Assembly: GCF_009914755.1 (NCBI RefSeq)
Contig: NC_060925.1
DNA length: 64,000 nt
Reading direction: 5' to 3' (one strand)
Source: the human T2T-CHM13v2.0 reference genome, Homo sapiens
Below the pieces are notes generated by a model that saw only the letters and a program-made list of their open reading frames with translations, searched no databases and was not told the origin of the DNA. Positions 45,614 to 61,264 of this stretch are shown here, piece by piece. The first letter of the stretch is position 1, and every line of letters starts with the position of its first letter. Position numbers and translations under genes: made by a program.

Positions 45614-46982
45614 GTAGGCACCCCCACTCAGACCCCACAGGGCCCAGGCACCTCGGGGCCCCGGGAGCAACCAGCAGGAGGCGTGGATGTGCAGACTTCA
45701 TCAGGCTTCGGGACTGTCCCTGCCACTTCCTGGCTGCAAAGCCTCAAGCTGGTCTCTTACCCAGTCTAAGCCTCCGTTGTCCCCGTGTAGAAACAGGAAT
45801 CGTGATGCAGGTGTTGGTCATCGGGGGCTGCGCAGCAGTGAGCATAGTCCTGAGGCAGAGTCAGCGCCTCCCTAGAAACACAGCCTGGAAGGGAAGGCTC
45901 ACCTTGGACCATGGCGGCCAGTCCTGGGATGGAAGGGGAGGGAGGAGCCAGGCCTTGTGACAGAGACCAGGAGAGGGCCCTGAGCCAAGATTCAAGACCC
46001 CACCTCTCCCTAAGGGCCCCTTACCTAGCACTCAGCAAGTCTTCTCACTGGGGCCTCACAGCAGCTTTGGGAGATGGATGGTCATGAATACCCATTTTAT
46101 AAACAAGGAGGCCCAGAAAGTTCAGAGACTGGACAAATGTTGCAGTCAATTAAGTGCAGCTGGCTTTGAACCGAGGCCTGCCCTTGAGCCTCAGATCTCC
46201 AGCTTTTCTGATCAAAGCGACCCCTCATCCTTTAAGTCCCAAGGCATGGTTAGTGTGGGACCCAGGGCTGTAGGAGGGGGCCGGCTTCCTCAGGATCTTA
46301 GGATGGGAGCAGTTCAGGAGCAGGGGCTGTCACGGGAGAGGTGTCCAGTGAGGGTTTGGTGTAAAGGAAAGGGCACCAGGCGGAAGGCATCTGCTGTCCC
46401 AGGCGCAAGGGTGATGAGATGGTGTCGGGGAACTGGATGAGGCTGGGCCTGGTTGGGAGAACCAGGCCTCCCATTCATATGAATGTTGATTGAATGCTGA
46501 TTCATTCATTTGTTCATCTACTGGGCACCTACTGTGTGCCAGGCACAAAGATAAAGACACGGCCCCGTGCTGAAGGAGCTCAGTCTCTGGAGCGAGAGGC
46601 CAAAGGAGAGGCCCATTGAATGTGAGGCTGCAGTGAGAGAAGGGAGCACGGAGTTCAGGATGGGAGTCCGGGGTCACAGGAACAGAGGAGAGGGGTCATT
46701 TCGGGGGGCGGGGGCAGAGGGCTAGTAGAAGAGGTGATGTTGGAAGTTGTTGGGTTTTCACTTGGTAGGCAAGGCAGGGAGGAGCCCCCTCGTCAGACAC
46801 AGGGTGATGAGATGGTGTCGGGTGCTGGCGAGGGCTTACGGCAGCACTGCCTGCCCACCATCCACCTCAGACAAGGACAGTCAAGGCCTGATAGCATCCC
46901 TGCTTCTCCCCATAGAAGAGAGGGCACAGGGAGCCTGGGGGCCCCCCTCCGCCCCACTTGCCTCACCCGGCCCTTCTCCCAG

Positions 46983-47153
46983 GTCCATCACATCAATGCC
47001 AACTACTTCTTGGACATCACCTCCGTGAAGCCCGAGGAAATCGAGAGCAATCTCTTCAGCTTCTCATCCACCTTTGAAGACCCGTCCACGGCCACCTACA
47101 TGCAGTTCCTGAAGGAGGGACTCCGGCGTGGCCTGCCCCTCCTCCAGCCCTAG
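46983..47153 (+). CDS. SELENON: SELENON exon 13 CDS ([14 protein letters not shown]...GLPLLQP*)
   Basis: tcccag acceptor; TAG at 47151-47153; total CDS 1773 nt with exon 3 included. Confidence 0.97.
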   Translation, partial: VHHINANYFLDITSVKPEEIESNLFSFSSTFEDPSTATYMQFLKEGLRRGLPLLQP

Positions 47154-48247
47154 AGTGCCTGGACGGGATCTGATGCACAGGCCCCCACGCCTCAGAGCCA
47201 GAGTGGTCCTCAGCCCATTTCAGACTGCAGATGCCGCCCACTCCCACCCCACTCCTAGGCTGCCTTGGAGGGTACAAGATCCACTGAGGGTGGCCACCAC
47301 AGCCTTGGCTCCATGGTGGCGGGTAGACAAGGGATGCCTGGGCTGACTGGGCAGAGGAACCTCTAGCTCTGACTGTCACTCGGCTCTCCCTACCCATTTG
47401 GCTCTGGAAGCTGCTTGGCCCCCCCAGATCAGGGCCTGGGTGAACTCCCTGGACCTTTCCTAGCCAGCCGCACAGTCTAGGCCCTTGTGGGGTGAAGAAT
47501 GGAGGGAGGAGCAGGCTAGGAAGACGGGGCCACCACCCTCTCCTTGCTTTCAGCCCTTCCCACAGGAAACATCAAGAAGCCCCAGCCAGGAGGGGCCAGG
47601 CTGCCAAGGCGGCTCCCCTGTTTATCTAGAGCCTTCGTTCCTGGCCATACCCCGGACTGCCCTCCTGTGCCTGATGTCCCCAGCTGGGGTCAGTCTCAAC
47701 AGGAGCCAGTCTTCTGGAGCCTCTGGGCAGAACCCTCCATCAGAGTGGAAATCAGACGGGACCCCCTGCAGCTTCCCTGACCACGCCACTGACCAGCTAT
47801 CTGGGGAAGTTTACTGTGAAGGGGTTTCTGCCTTTAGCAATGGGGTTCACTAAGGGGGTTCCCGAGGCCCAGGGCCAAGGCACTCCCACCGCCTACCTTA
47901 GCACAGGGTCTCTGCAGGACTGCGGGAGCCAGCGCTCCTGCCGCCCCTCTTGCCCCTCAGACCTTGCATCCACAGAAGCACAACCCAGCCAAACACCACA
48001 GCCTTCTCCAGAGCCGGCACTGTCCCGGCAACCAGGGGTGCCCCAGGCTAGCTCTTCTACCTCTGGGGCACCACGGACTCCCCTTGGCCACTCTTGGGAC
48101 TTTGGTCCACGTCCTGAGCCACTGACCACGGCCAGTCTCTCTTTTTATATGTGCAGAAAAGTGTTTTTACACAAACTTTCTCATGGTTTGTAGGTATTTT
48201 TTTATAACCCCAGTGCTGAGGAGAAAGGAGGGGCAGTGGCTTCCCCG

Positions 48248-48313
48248 GCAGCAGCCCCATGATGGCTGAATCCGAAATCCTCGATGGGTCCAGCTTGATG
48301 TCTTTGCAGCTGC
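48248..48313 (+). promoter_or_regulatory. SELENON: SECIS element in the SELENON 3' UTR
   Basis: AUGAU core (48259-48263); helix II GGCUGAAUCCG/UGGGUCCAGCU; apical AAA (48275-48277); UGAU (48296-48299); helix I GCAGC/GCUGC. Confidence 0.95.
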
Positions 48314-48457
48314 ACCTATGGGAAGAAGTAGTCCTCTCTTCCTTCTCCTCTTCAGCTTTTTAAAAACAGTCCTCAGAGGATCCATGATCCCCAGCACTGT
48401 CCCATCCTCCACAAAGGCCCACAGGCATGCCTGTACTCTCTTTCATTAAGGTCTTGA

Positions 48458-48961
<504 letters not shown>

Positions 48962-49639
48962 TAATTTTGTATCATCCAGTCATCGCTAATATTACACGCA
49001 CCTTCTCACTTAATCCTCACGACAAGCCTGTGAGGCAGATGCTCATTGTTCCCATCTTGATGAAACTTGAGTCTCAGGGAAGTGAAGTGACTTGCCCAGG
49101 GTCACTCAGGTAGAGTTGAGATTCAAACCCACATGTGGCTCCAAAGTCTGCATCTGGATTTGGGGGTGTTTTTTGGCATGGCACCCTCACCTCTCTCCCT
49201 GCCTGTTTTCCCCAAAGTGGAAAGGAAGGCCTTTCAAACCAGAGTGTCTCACTCCCCTCTGACCTCCAGACCAGATGGGGCATGAGCCAGCCAGCTCAGC
49301 CAGGCTCCCTGTGTCCTGGGAGGAAGTGTCCCCATCCCCCATGCCCCTTATGGGGAGGGAGGGCGTCTGATGCTCTCTCTCTGCCTCCCCCCCATCCTGT
49401 CAGGCACAGGTGACGGGGGCAGCCCATGCGAGCCCTTCTCCTGCTGCTCTGGGAGGGCCAGTTCCACATTGAGCCAGCCTGGTCCCATGGAATATGATGG
49501 CCTGGGCTTTCTGAGGCCTTATCTGATGCCTCTGCAGTTCATGTCCCCCACCAGGCCTCGAGGCTCAGGGTGGGAGAGGGCCCCGGGCTGCCCTGTCACT
49601 CCTCTAACACTTCCCTCCCCTATCCCCAACATGCCCTGT

Positions 49640-49645
49640 AATAAA
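49640..49645 (+). terminator. SELENON: SELENON polyadenylation signal AATAAA
   Basis: tgtAATAAA with UGUA overlapping and U/GU-rich sequence downstream (gtggttct, ttttcctttg). Confidence 0.85.
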
Positions 49646-50824
49646 ATTAGAGAAGACTAACTAGAGTGGTTCTAAGTGCTTTTCCTTTGAGTGGCATGTT
49701 GCTCAGCTCCGTCCTTCCATGGGGTGGCTCCCTCTTGGGGCAGAGTTGAGCTGGAATGCTTTCAGGTACTATCTTACCTATCGAAGGCTTGAGTGACTTG
49801 CCCAAAATAAGTTTTACGATAGAACAAGTGGTAGGACTTACTGTTTTGAGAATCTGGTGCTCTCTGTTGAGAGAGATCTGGGAGTTAAAATCATTGTCTT
49901 AAAAGCAGAGCCTGAGACAGGCATGAAGTGTTTTTTTGTTTGTTTGTTTTGTTTGTTTGGTGGGGCTGGGGGGGAGTGTACTTCCAGAAAAACCAGTAAA
50001 AGAAGGAAGGAAGCAGAAGAGGGAAAGGAAAAATGCTGAGCAGGAACAGTCTCAGCCCAGCCTTGGCCTGACCCACAGTGGAAGAGCTGTGGGGCATAAA
50101 CCACACTGCAGAGCTGAACTGGCCTTTTGGACCTTTTATCAGTCATTGGCTTGGGAGGTGAAGGAAATTCCCAGGTAGGGAGCTCCGTTCTTCCTGCAAG
50201 GGGATCTGAGTGGGACACCAAATCAGCATCTACACCCAGGACAGACAGCCAGCGTGGACTTGCATGATCCGCCATCGCACAGGAGGGAAAGGTAATGATT
50301 AAAACACAATGTGCCATCCTGGGAAGAGGGCCAGACCTGGAAGTCAATCTTCAGCGTTTGAGATATGGTGGAGATCAGGGTGGACGACCTCTGAGGTCTC
50401 TAGCCAGGACCAGTCACATAATTTGCACAGCCCCGTGCAAAATGAAAACACAAGAACCCCTATTAGAAAATCATTTCAAGACGGCAACAGCAAAGTACTA
50501 AACCAAGTACAGGATTCTGAGCATGCGGCCCGTTGTGACTGCATGGGCTGTTCACCCATGAAACCAGCTCTGTCTCTGGCAGAGGGGACTGCAGGCTTTG
50601 GAACCAAGGAACTCCAGCCTGGGAGCCAGGCACAGCCCGAGGCTGTGCTGAAGGCAGAGAAGGAAATGTGACCCAGGAACTGCATGCCACAGACCAAGAC
50701 AGTGAGGGCTGGAGCACAAAGAGGGAGTGGGTTAGTGAGCCTGGAAGGAATGTGGCTCTTCCCACAGAGCCTCTGGAGTCTTGTACATCAAGTACCCATC
50801 TAATAAGCAAACTCATTGAATATA

Positions 50825-50827
<3 letters not shown>

Positions 50828-50886
<59 letters not shown>
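50828..50886. repeat. (GT)n(GA)n microsatellite upstream of the MTFR1L promoter
   Basis: Read directly from the sequence. Confidence 0.97.
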
Positions 50887-50888
<2 letters not shown>

Positions 50889-51069
50889 CTAAAATAGAAG
50901 AAAGCTGCAAAGTGCTGGAGGGCAGGAGTCAAGAGGAGAAAGAGGCCCATTCTGCGCATTCTTGCTGGAGAGAGGCTTTGCAAAGGGACCTGCCTGGGAA
51001 CCAAGAACTGGGAAGGGGGCCAGGGTGAGGATTCTGAAGTTTGCCCTAGGGGTAGGAGCATATTTTAGG

Positions 51070-52330
51070 GGTCGAGCGACACACCCCTGGGCTTCCAGAA
51101 GTCGGATGGGGCTAAACGTGGAGAGCAACAAGCAGGGAGACGCGACGAATACCAGGCCGAGGGATCTCCAAACGCAGCCAACTCCTCCCGGGGACACAGA
51201 CCCCGCGGGGGCACGGTCTCGATGGAGGGGAGTGTGCTCCGCGGTATCGGAGCCTACAGCCGCCAGCGCCTCGCCCACTCGGGGGCCGCGCTCCCCTCGC
51301 CACCGAGCTGGACCCGCCTCCTGAGGGTGCGCGGAGGTGCGGCTCGGTGCGCAGCTGCGGAGGATCGCTTCCGGGGGGCGGGTCAGCGGAAGTGAGGGTG
51401 GTTGAGGCTGGGCGGCCCAAGGTGGAAGGAGGGGCCGTGAGGTGAGAGAGTCCGGGAGCCCGAGCTTGAGGTGAGAAAGGTTCTAGGGCGGCGCGGAGGC
51501 GGGAGCGCGACCTTCCAGCCCGTTAGTAGACTGGGTCTACGTGCCGGGCGCTGTGCGGAGCCCGCAGCTCCTGTTCCCGCGCGAGTTCTCGCGGGAGCCG
51601 CAGCTGTCCGTCTCACTTGGCCCGGGGGAAACTGAGTCCCCGAAGGGTAGTTGCTCGTCGGAGTTCCCCAGCAAACAGTGACCAAGCCAGACCTCAGGCT
51701 TCTAGTTTCGGCTTCGCTGCTTGACGGGCCGGGCTGCCCCGCCGCGCATTCTGAGACCTGGCCGCGGCTCGGAGGCTTCCGCGCACTCGGGTCCGGGTCC
51801 TGTGGGTCCAAGGGCCGCTGGGCAGGCGGCGAGGACTTGGCCGACCTTGGCCCAGGTCGGGTCGTCTGCCGCGGGGGAGGGGCGACTCGCCCTGGCGGGT
51901 CCCCGCGGGGAGAGGGTCCGCGCGGGTCTCCGGCCACTGCTGCGCGCGGCAAAGTTTCACTGAGCGCGGCGGCCTCCGTGGGGGCCCCCGGGACCAGGGG
52001 TGCTGAGCAGGGCCCTGCGCTGGAGGAGCTCCCGTTCTCCTGAGGGGACGCCTGTCAGCAGACAGCAACTGCAGCCTCCGGAGGGCTGCGGGGCGCAGAG
52101 GTGACAAGACCCACCGGTGCTGCCGGCGAACCGGGGGAAGATCTTCTAGCCAGTGACACTTGGGGGCGGGGGTGACAGCTGAGTTGGTGTTCCCCTTCAT
52201 TCGTTTAGTTCAGCGCGTTGAAGCGCTCACTGTGTCCTAGGCAGACACCGTGCTGTGCGCGGGGATCACAGTTATCTAGTTCCTCTCGCGAGGACTCCGA
52301 GGGACAGGCAGGGTGCTGCGGAGCGCACAG
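51070..52330 (+). promoter_or_regulatory. MTFR1L: MTFR1L CpG-island promoter and non-coding first exon (ETS/GABP motifs at 51368-51374 and 51387-51394, GC box between them)
   Basis: High CpG density; CTTCCGG-GGGGCGGG-CGGAAGTG; candidate donors GAG|GTGAGA at 51442 and 51471. Confidence 0.85.
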
Positions 52331-53918
52331 GAAAGGACCTGACCCTGTCGCAGGGAAGGAAGGTGATGCTTAAGCTGAGCTCTGAGGAATGATGAAGAAT
52401 GAGCTCGGCGAAGGGGGTGCTGGTGTTTGATGCAGGGCTCAGAGGTGGGCCCAGTGTTGGGGGTTGAGGGCCAGTGTGGCTGGAGGGCAAGGGGGAGAGC
52501 AGGAGGGCTGGCTGCGAAGCGTGCAGGCCTTGGTGCTCAGTGAATGTGGTCTAGAGACGGCAGAGAAAGATGGGTTTGGGACTGATTGTGGATTTTATCC
52601 TGTGTTGGCTCTAGTAAGCCAGTTTTAAACGGATGAGCGATGTGATTAACTGTGTTTGGGAAGGATTCCTCTGGCTGTGTGTGAGGGTTAGGCCCGGCTG
52701 GGTCTTTGGAGGTAAGGTCGGAGAGGAAGTGGCAGTAAGCACCGTTAGTGCAATTTGTGGCCGACACGGACATTCAGCACAGAGCCTGGCACACAGAGGG
52801 ACTCTGATAATAAAGGCTTGAACTGAGCCGAGAAGATGGAGCCCACGCAGGAGGTGGCAGGACCTGGACCAGGCTTTGGGTGCTTTGCACTGGCATGACC
52901 ACTGAGTGACCTTAGACAAGTGCCTTCCCCTGTCCAACTTCCTTTCCCCATGTGTATCGTAAAGTGAATGACACCTCGTCTCCCAAGGGTAGAAGAGGGG
53001 ACCCTCCACAGGAGGTCTCCAGAAAGAGCTGCTTTGTCAGTCTAGTCTATCTCCCATTCAGAGCCTGTCCAGGGCTCCCCAGTGACCCGGACCTCATGAC
53101 TTGCCCCCTACTTTTGTAGCTTTATCATGCTCTGCTCCTCTTTCCATGTCCTTCACCTTCTTGTGCTGGACCTGTGCTCTTGCTGTTTTGTCTTCATTTC
53201 CTACTCCCTCGCAACTTACTACAGGGCACTAGGGCCAGAGCTCTGACCTCATCTGGCCACCTGCCTAATGCTACTCAGCCTTTGCTAGAAGTATGTATTC
53301 ATGTCCTATCACTCTGCTGGACAGCGAGTTCCTTGAGAGCATGACTGTGTCTTACTCCTTCCATAGCCCCTACGGTGCCCAGCACAAGGCCTGGCACAAG
53401 TGGGTACTGTTGGTGTTTGATGAACAAGTGAATGAACGAGCACACTGATTGCATCTGCTCACCATGCAAGGACTGCTGTGAAGAGCAGTCAGATGTCACC
53501 TCACCCATCTGTGTCATGTTTTAACAGTTCATTAAGCACTCAACCCCATTTCACTCATTGACCCTTAAGGTAGCCTCCAGTGGCAGCTTTTCCTGTCTCC
53601 TTTTTCCAGATGGAAAAACCAACATTCAGAAAAGTTAAATAACTTGCCTGTAGCTACAAAGCCAGAAGGTGGCTGAGCCAGGATAAACTTTTTTGGCTCT
53701 TTTTCTCTGTAGCTCATGAGACTGAGATTGGCATGAGCTGGTGTTCGTTCTCCTATTTTCTCTGATCTCTCCCTTTGCAAGGGCCCAGCAGTGCTTTTAC
53801 ATCTCATCTTCAAGAATGAATCCTGGGCTTGGATAGTACTTATAATTTGGCTAGATGAGCTTTGTAGCTACCAAGGATTCTATTTGCATCCTTAGAAGTT
53901 TTGCCTCAAGAAACCTGA

Positions 53919-54260
<342 letters not shown>

Positions 54261-54537
54261 GCAGATCTTTAACAGAACCTTTAAGAGTCTGGACTTAGAG
54301 AAGTGTTGGGTGAGGGCAGCCTCTTGGGCTGGTTTTCTCCCCTGTGAAGTCATGGCTCTGCAGGGCCTGGTTTTTTGGGGCTTGTGTGGTGACCATTAAA
54401 TCCCCACTGTGGGGGGTTGTTTCACAAGAGGGAAATCTGGTGCTCCTCCAGATGGCCTGATATGAAGGAGTCACGCCTCCCGCCTCCCGGAGCTGCCCAG
54501 TGGCTGCCTTGTCCTTCAAGTGCAGGAGCTGGTTCAA

Positions 54538-54561
54538 ATGTCAGGAATGGAAGCCACTGTG
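54538..54561 (+). CDS. MTFR1L: MTFR1L first coding segment (MSGMEATV); exon probably 54452-54561
   Basis: ctccag acceptor ending at 54451; GTG|gtaagg donor; joins the next exon in phase 0. Confidence 0.88.
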
Positions 54562-55028
54562 GTAAGGGGCATTCCCAGGGCAGGGGTATGGTGGGGAAGG
54601 TTGGGTGCTGGGCCTGCTGAAGTACTGTAAAAGGTTCTGAGACTCTCCAGTTGAGCACTCCTTTCTCCAGAGGCCTGGAATTGGAGCAAGGCCACCGTTT
54701 CACTCCCTCCCCCTAAGAAGAACCAACTATGATCCTGGGGCACTTCAGGAGTCAGTGTATGTCTGCCTTTCTGTACAGAGGACGGGAAGGAAAGCCTGGA
54801 TAATCTCTACACTCAGCTACTTCCTCTCCCCTTCCCTGACCCTCCCAACATTGACTGCCTTAGCAGCAGCAGGTATTCCCTTGGGTGGCTGGCCAGGGTG
54901 TAGGCTGGCAACTGGGGAACCTGCCCTCACTATAATTGAGAGTTGACTTGCCCCTAGAGAGTGCTCTGTCCCTAGGTTTGTGGAATTCAGTCTCCACAAA
55001 CCTAGAGAGGAGAGGACAAGGACAGTAG

Positions 55029-55316
<288 letters not shown>

Positions 55317-57277
55317 TAAGATATCCTGGTCACTGTGTCCTCCTGAGTGCATACAAACCTGTGACCACAAGGAACCTGACAGGTCCCCCACATGGGACAC
55401 TGACTATTGTGATTTTTGAGTTGAACTCTGCTTTTCTTCACCAGCCCTAAGAATTGACCATGTAGCCAGTATTTTTATTTTATTATTTTTTGAGATGAGG
55501 TCTCCCTATGTTGCCCAGGCTAGGTCTTAAACTCCTGGGCTCAAGCAGTCCTCCTGCCTCAGCCTCCTATGTAGCTGGGATTACAGGCACAAGCCACCAT
55601 GCCCAGCTCCACTATTTTTAGTGTTTCTCTGAGGCCATAATTCCTCAGCCTTCTCTTTTTGGCCAATCTGGGCATCCTTTACTGGGGTGCTTTGGTCTTA
55701 CCTCTGTGTCTAGGGATCCTTTAGCACCCACTCAGCAGCAGAGATTCCTACCTGGCCCAGGTCTCTTGAGACCCCTTCTGTGGTAGAAAGCTAAGTAGCA
55801 TTTATTAGTCCCAGCTGCCTCCCTCTAGGAACTAAATGGTTAAGCACCAGCCCCAAACTATATGGTTCAGATGTGTGCATTTGGAGAGCTGGGATACAAA
55901 AGAAATACTTGTGCTTTCTACCCACACAGAGGAGATAGAAATATGTGCATGAAAGGATGTGGGCCCAGGTAGAAACAGAAATGAAGGAGCCAAATCTGTA
56001 TAAAAGATGCTAAGAAGCAGAGTCTGTAGGAACTGGATCTGGAATTAGAAGAGGTGTCAGGGTTGGTATTAGGGTCAGGAATGGAGTTGGAAGTGTCGCA
56101 GGGGTAGGGGGCAGGAAAAGCTGTCCCAGTATTCAGATTGCCAGCTATCCAGAATTGTCTAAAGATCCTGGGCAGGAACTGGTCCTAACTTGCCTCAGAA
56201 GCATCAGAAAAAAAAAAGGGAGACAGCTAGGGAGTGTGGCTCACTGCATAGAGGCCGTCCCCACACTTGGCTATACCCTCTTCAGTTCTTTGGCCAGATG
56301 CTGGGCAGAGACAATCAAGGGCACAGGCTCTCACAGAGCAGGAATGTATGTGAGCAGTATTGGTAATACTAGATAACATTTACTGAGCACATACTATGTG
56401 TCAGGCACTGTGCTGTACTTTATATTTGTTTACTCATTTAATTGCCAAGAGCAAAGGAGCATTCAGGGCTAATCAGGAAAACAAATGGAGGCTTCCCCCA
56501 AATGCCCTATTTTAGCACTAGTTCCTGGGTCACTGGAAGTTCTTCTCTGTGTGACCTTGGAGTATCACTTAACTCCTGTGAGTCCCAGGTTTCCTATCTA
56601 AATGCAGGAGCGATCAATCCTGGATCCATCTACCATACCAAATAATTTGTAGCAGAAACAGTTGAATCTTACTTGTGTGTAAATATGCATTTATTATTAT
56701 TATTAAATTACCTTAAATATTATTTAAGGGACTCTTACCAATTTATTTTGAAAATTTAAGCATATGAAAATATTAAAATTATGAAAAGTAAAAGGAAAAT
56801 AAATTACCTATAATTACATAGTAATAATACAATAACTATTAATGTCTTAGTGTAGTCCTCTTTTTCTAGATGGATGTTTTTTACTTTGTTGTAATCACAG
56901 TCAACATGACTGAATCCTAATTTTTCACTTTACTCAACATCTCTAGGTTGAGGAGCTATTTTAAGAAATCCTATTATGGTTCCTTTTGTATAATCATTTA
57001 TTTTTATTTAAATCTAAATATATTCAAATTTTCAGGTTTGTTTAAAACAGCATTGCTGTAACAATGTAGATCTCAATTAGCTATACAGGATTATAAAAAG
57101 CTAGTCAGGAAAAATTTCCTATTGCTGTAACAGGTTGTGGATGACCTTGTACTTGTATTTTCACCAGAGGGCACAGTGGTTTTAGACAGTTGCCATCTCT
57201 ACTAAAAGGTGACTCAGGCCTTTTCCACTGAAGACACAGAACTGTTTGTAATCCCATAGACTCTCATGTGTCTTGCC

Positions 57278-57565
57278 TGTTTTTGTTTTTGAATGTGGCT
57301 CTGTTGTCCACGCTAGAGTACAGTGGTGCAATCTCAGCTCACTGCAACCTCTGCCTCCCAGGTTCAAGCCATCTTCCCACCTCAGTCTCCTGAATAGCTG
57401 GGACTACAGGCGTATACCACCATACCCAGATAATTTTTGTATTTTTTGGTAGAGGCAGGGTTTTGCCATGTTGCCCAGGCTGATCTCAAACTCTTGGTCT
57501 CAAGCATTCTGCCTGCCTCGGCCTCCCAAATGCTGGGATTACAGGTGTGAGCCACCATGCCTGAC
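57278..57565 (-). mobile_element. Alu, antisense (a partial antisense Alu also lies at ~55474-55608)
   Basis: Alu consensus. Confidence 0.88.
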
Positions 57566-57734
57566 TGTCATCTGGCCTCTGTTCAATGTTTTCGACCAGG
57601 AACCTTCCTCTGCCCCCTCTAGGAAGCCTTCCTGACACCCAGTGCCGGATTAGGTACCCCTCCTGTGTATTCTGCAGTTTCTGATTGGCTCATCATGGCG
57701 TCTGTAAATGTTGATGACTTTTGCTTCTCCATAG

Positions 57735-57845
<111 letters not shown>

Positions 57846-57994
57846 TAGTTGAGGCAGTAGCTGGTCTGCTAAGGAATGGAGAACTTCCCAGAAGAGGTGG
57901 CAGGCAGCAAGGAGAGAGGAATGAGAACTGTGGGCTCAGAGAGGAGCAGAACCTTACTATACTACTCTCACAGAAGTGGGGGAAGGAACCTTAG

Positions 57995-58288
<294 letters not shown>

Positions 58289-58571
58289 TAACAGGCTGTT
58301 CCTTTCCCCTGGCTCTTGGGCAGGATAGGGGTAAAGAAAGTGGTAATCCTTGGTTTGCAGGTACTTAGGTTCCGGGCCCTGGGGTTGTCCTGAAGCCTGG
58401 CTAGCCAGTAGTGCCTCTTAGATGGTTTCTACCAGCCATTTTGGGCTGAATGGTTTGGTTAAGAACAAAATATTAACCTGTGACCCCAGGCAGAGTCCCT
58501 CCCTTAGCCCCCAAACTGATACCCTCTTCTAAGTGTCTTTAAGATCACATCTTACATAAGCCCACAGTAGC

Positions 58572-59455
<884 letters not shown>

Positions 59456-59733
59456 CTTTCCTTTTCAATACAAGAAGTAAACATTCCCCCCACCACCACT
59501 GAGACTTACCCTTTTTAAGCACCTATCTTCCCTTGCCTTGTTGTTTCTACCAGGAATCACAAGTGGCTTTACCACTTCAGTTCTTATACTGCTAGTGACA
59601 TTGTCCCCATGCCCCACCCTTCAAAGTGGGGAGTTTCATGACATTATGTTATGTTTTCTTATCTCAAATTGGTGGACTTTTTTGGTGGAAGGAGAATTTC
59701 ATAAAGTTGGAGATCTTGGCCTTAAAATACAGT

Positions 59734-60012
59734 GGTCGGGCACTGTGGCTTACGCCTGTAATCCCAACACTTTGGAAGGCTGAGGTGGGTGGATCACCTG
59801 AGGTCAGGAGTTCGAGACCAGCCTGGCCAACATGGTGAAACCCTGTTTCTATAAAAAATACAAAAATTAGCTGGGCGTCGCAGCATGTGCCTTGAACCTG
59901 GAAGGTGGAGGTGGAGGCAGAGGTGGAGGTTGCAATGAGCTGAAGTTGCACCACTGCACTCCAGCATGGGCGACAGAGTGAGACTCCGTCTCAAAAAAAG
60001 AAAAAAAAAAAA
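59734..60012 (+). mobile_element. Alu, sense, inserted into a locally duplicated segment
   Basis: Alu consensus with acagtggtc at both junctions. Confidence 0.93.
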
Positions 60013-60853
60013 CAGTGGTCTATTATGCAAACAAGCCCTGTAACCCACCCCTCCAGCTTTCTGTCTACAGTTAAGGCAGAACCACTGGAAATGGATGGGA
60101 AGCCTGCCTTAACCAGAGGCATGGACAGCCAACAGGTGGATCTCTCCCAAGATGCTCAGGGCTTATCTTCATATTCCTCCCATCCTCATTTTTTCACTCT
60201 GCATTGACTCAGAGTCATAGCTCTGAAATTTATCATTTGGTAGGACACATGAAAATCATGGTGTTCTTTGAAATCTTCATGTATTTAATTTCTTCACGTG
60301 GAAGTTTTATGAAGAATTGTACTGAAACTTTGTTATTTCTTGGCTACTTTTTTGTCATCCAAGAGACAAGCAGAAGTAACATCTTTTTTAGAAACATAGT
60401 TTTTAGTGTATTTAGTGTTTTTAAAGTATTTTTAGAAATGTAAAAACTGAGGAAATTCTCTCCACTGAAATGTGGGGAGGTTGGGAGGTCTGTTACCATT
60501 CTGGTTTTGCTCAGAACATGTCTTCTAGTTCACAGATAGCAAGATTTCAAAGGAGCATAGTCAAAAGCACTAGTCTAGTTAGAGAAAAGGACAAATTCAG
60601 GCCTTAGCTCTTATCACTGCTGCTTTGGCCTATGACAGGGCTGTCACTCCACAGCCTATTGTGGAATGGGAGCTTTTAAATGCCAAGGCCATTATGGGGC
60701 TGGGTTTTCCTGCCTTCCTGGAACACTGGAAAAGCCCAGTGCTTCTATAGCTTTCTGAGCCCCCGAGTGAGAAGCATAGTGGAATGACCCTCCACTGGCT
60801 ACAGATACCATCCTGGCTCTCCCAGATTGTCATGGTGTCAGCCCAGGAAATGA

Positions 60854-61264
<411 letters not shown>

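Noticed and set aside
45197-45769. 190-aa ORF spanning SELENON exons 11-12
   Set aside because: Crosses the 83-bp intron, is out of frame in exon 11 and in frame only in exon 12; artefact of unspliced translation
51383-52200. ORFs of 130-189 aa in the MTFR1L CpG island
   Set aside because: GC-driven open frames with no homology cues; an antisense lncRNA is possible but cannot be supported from sequence alone
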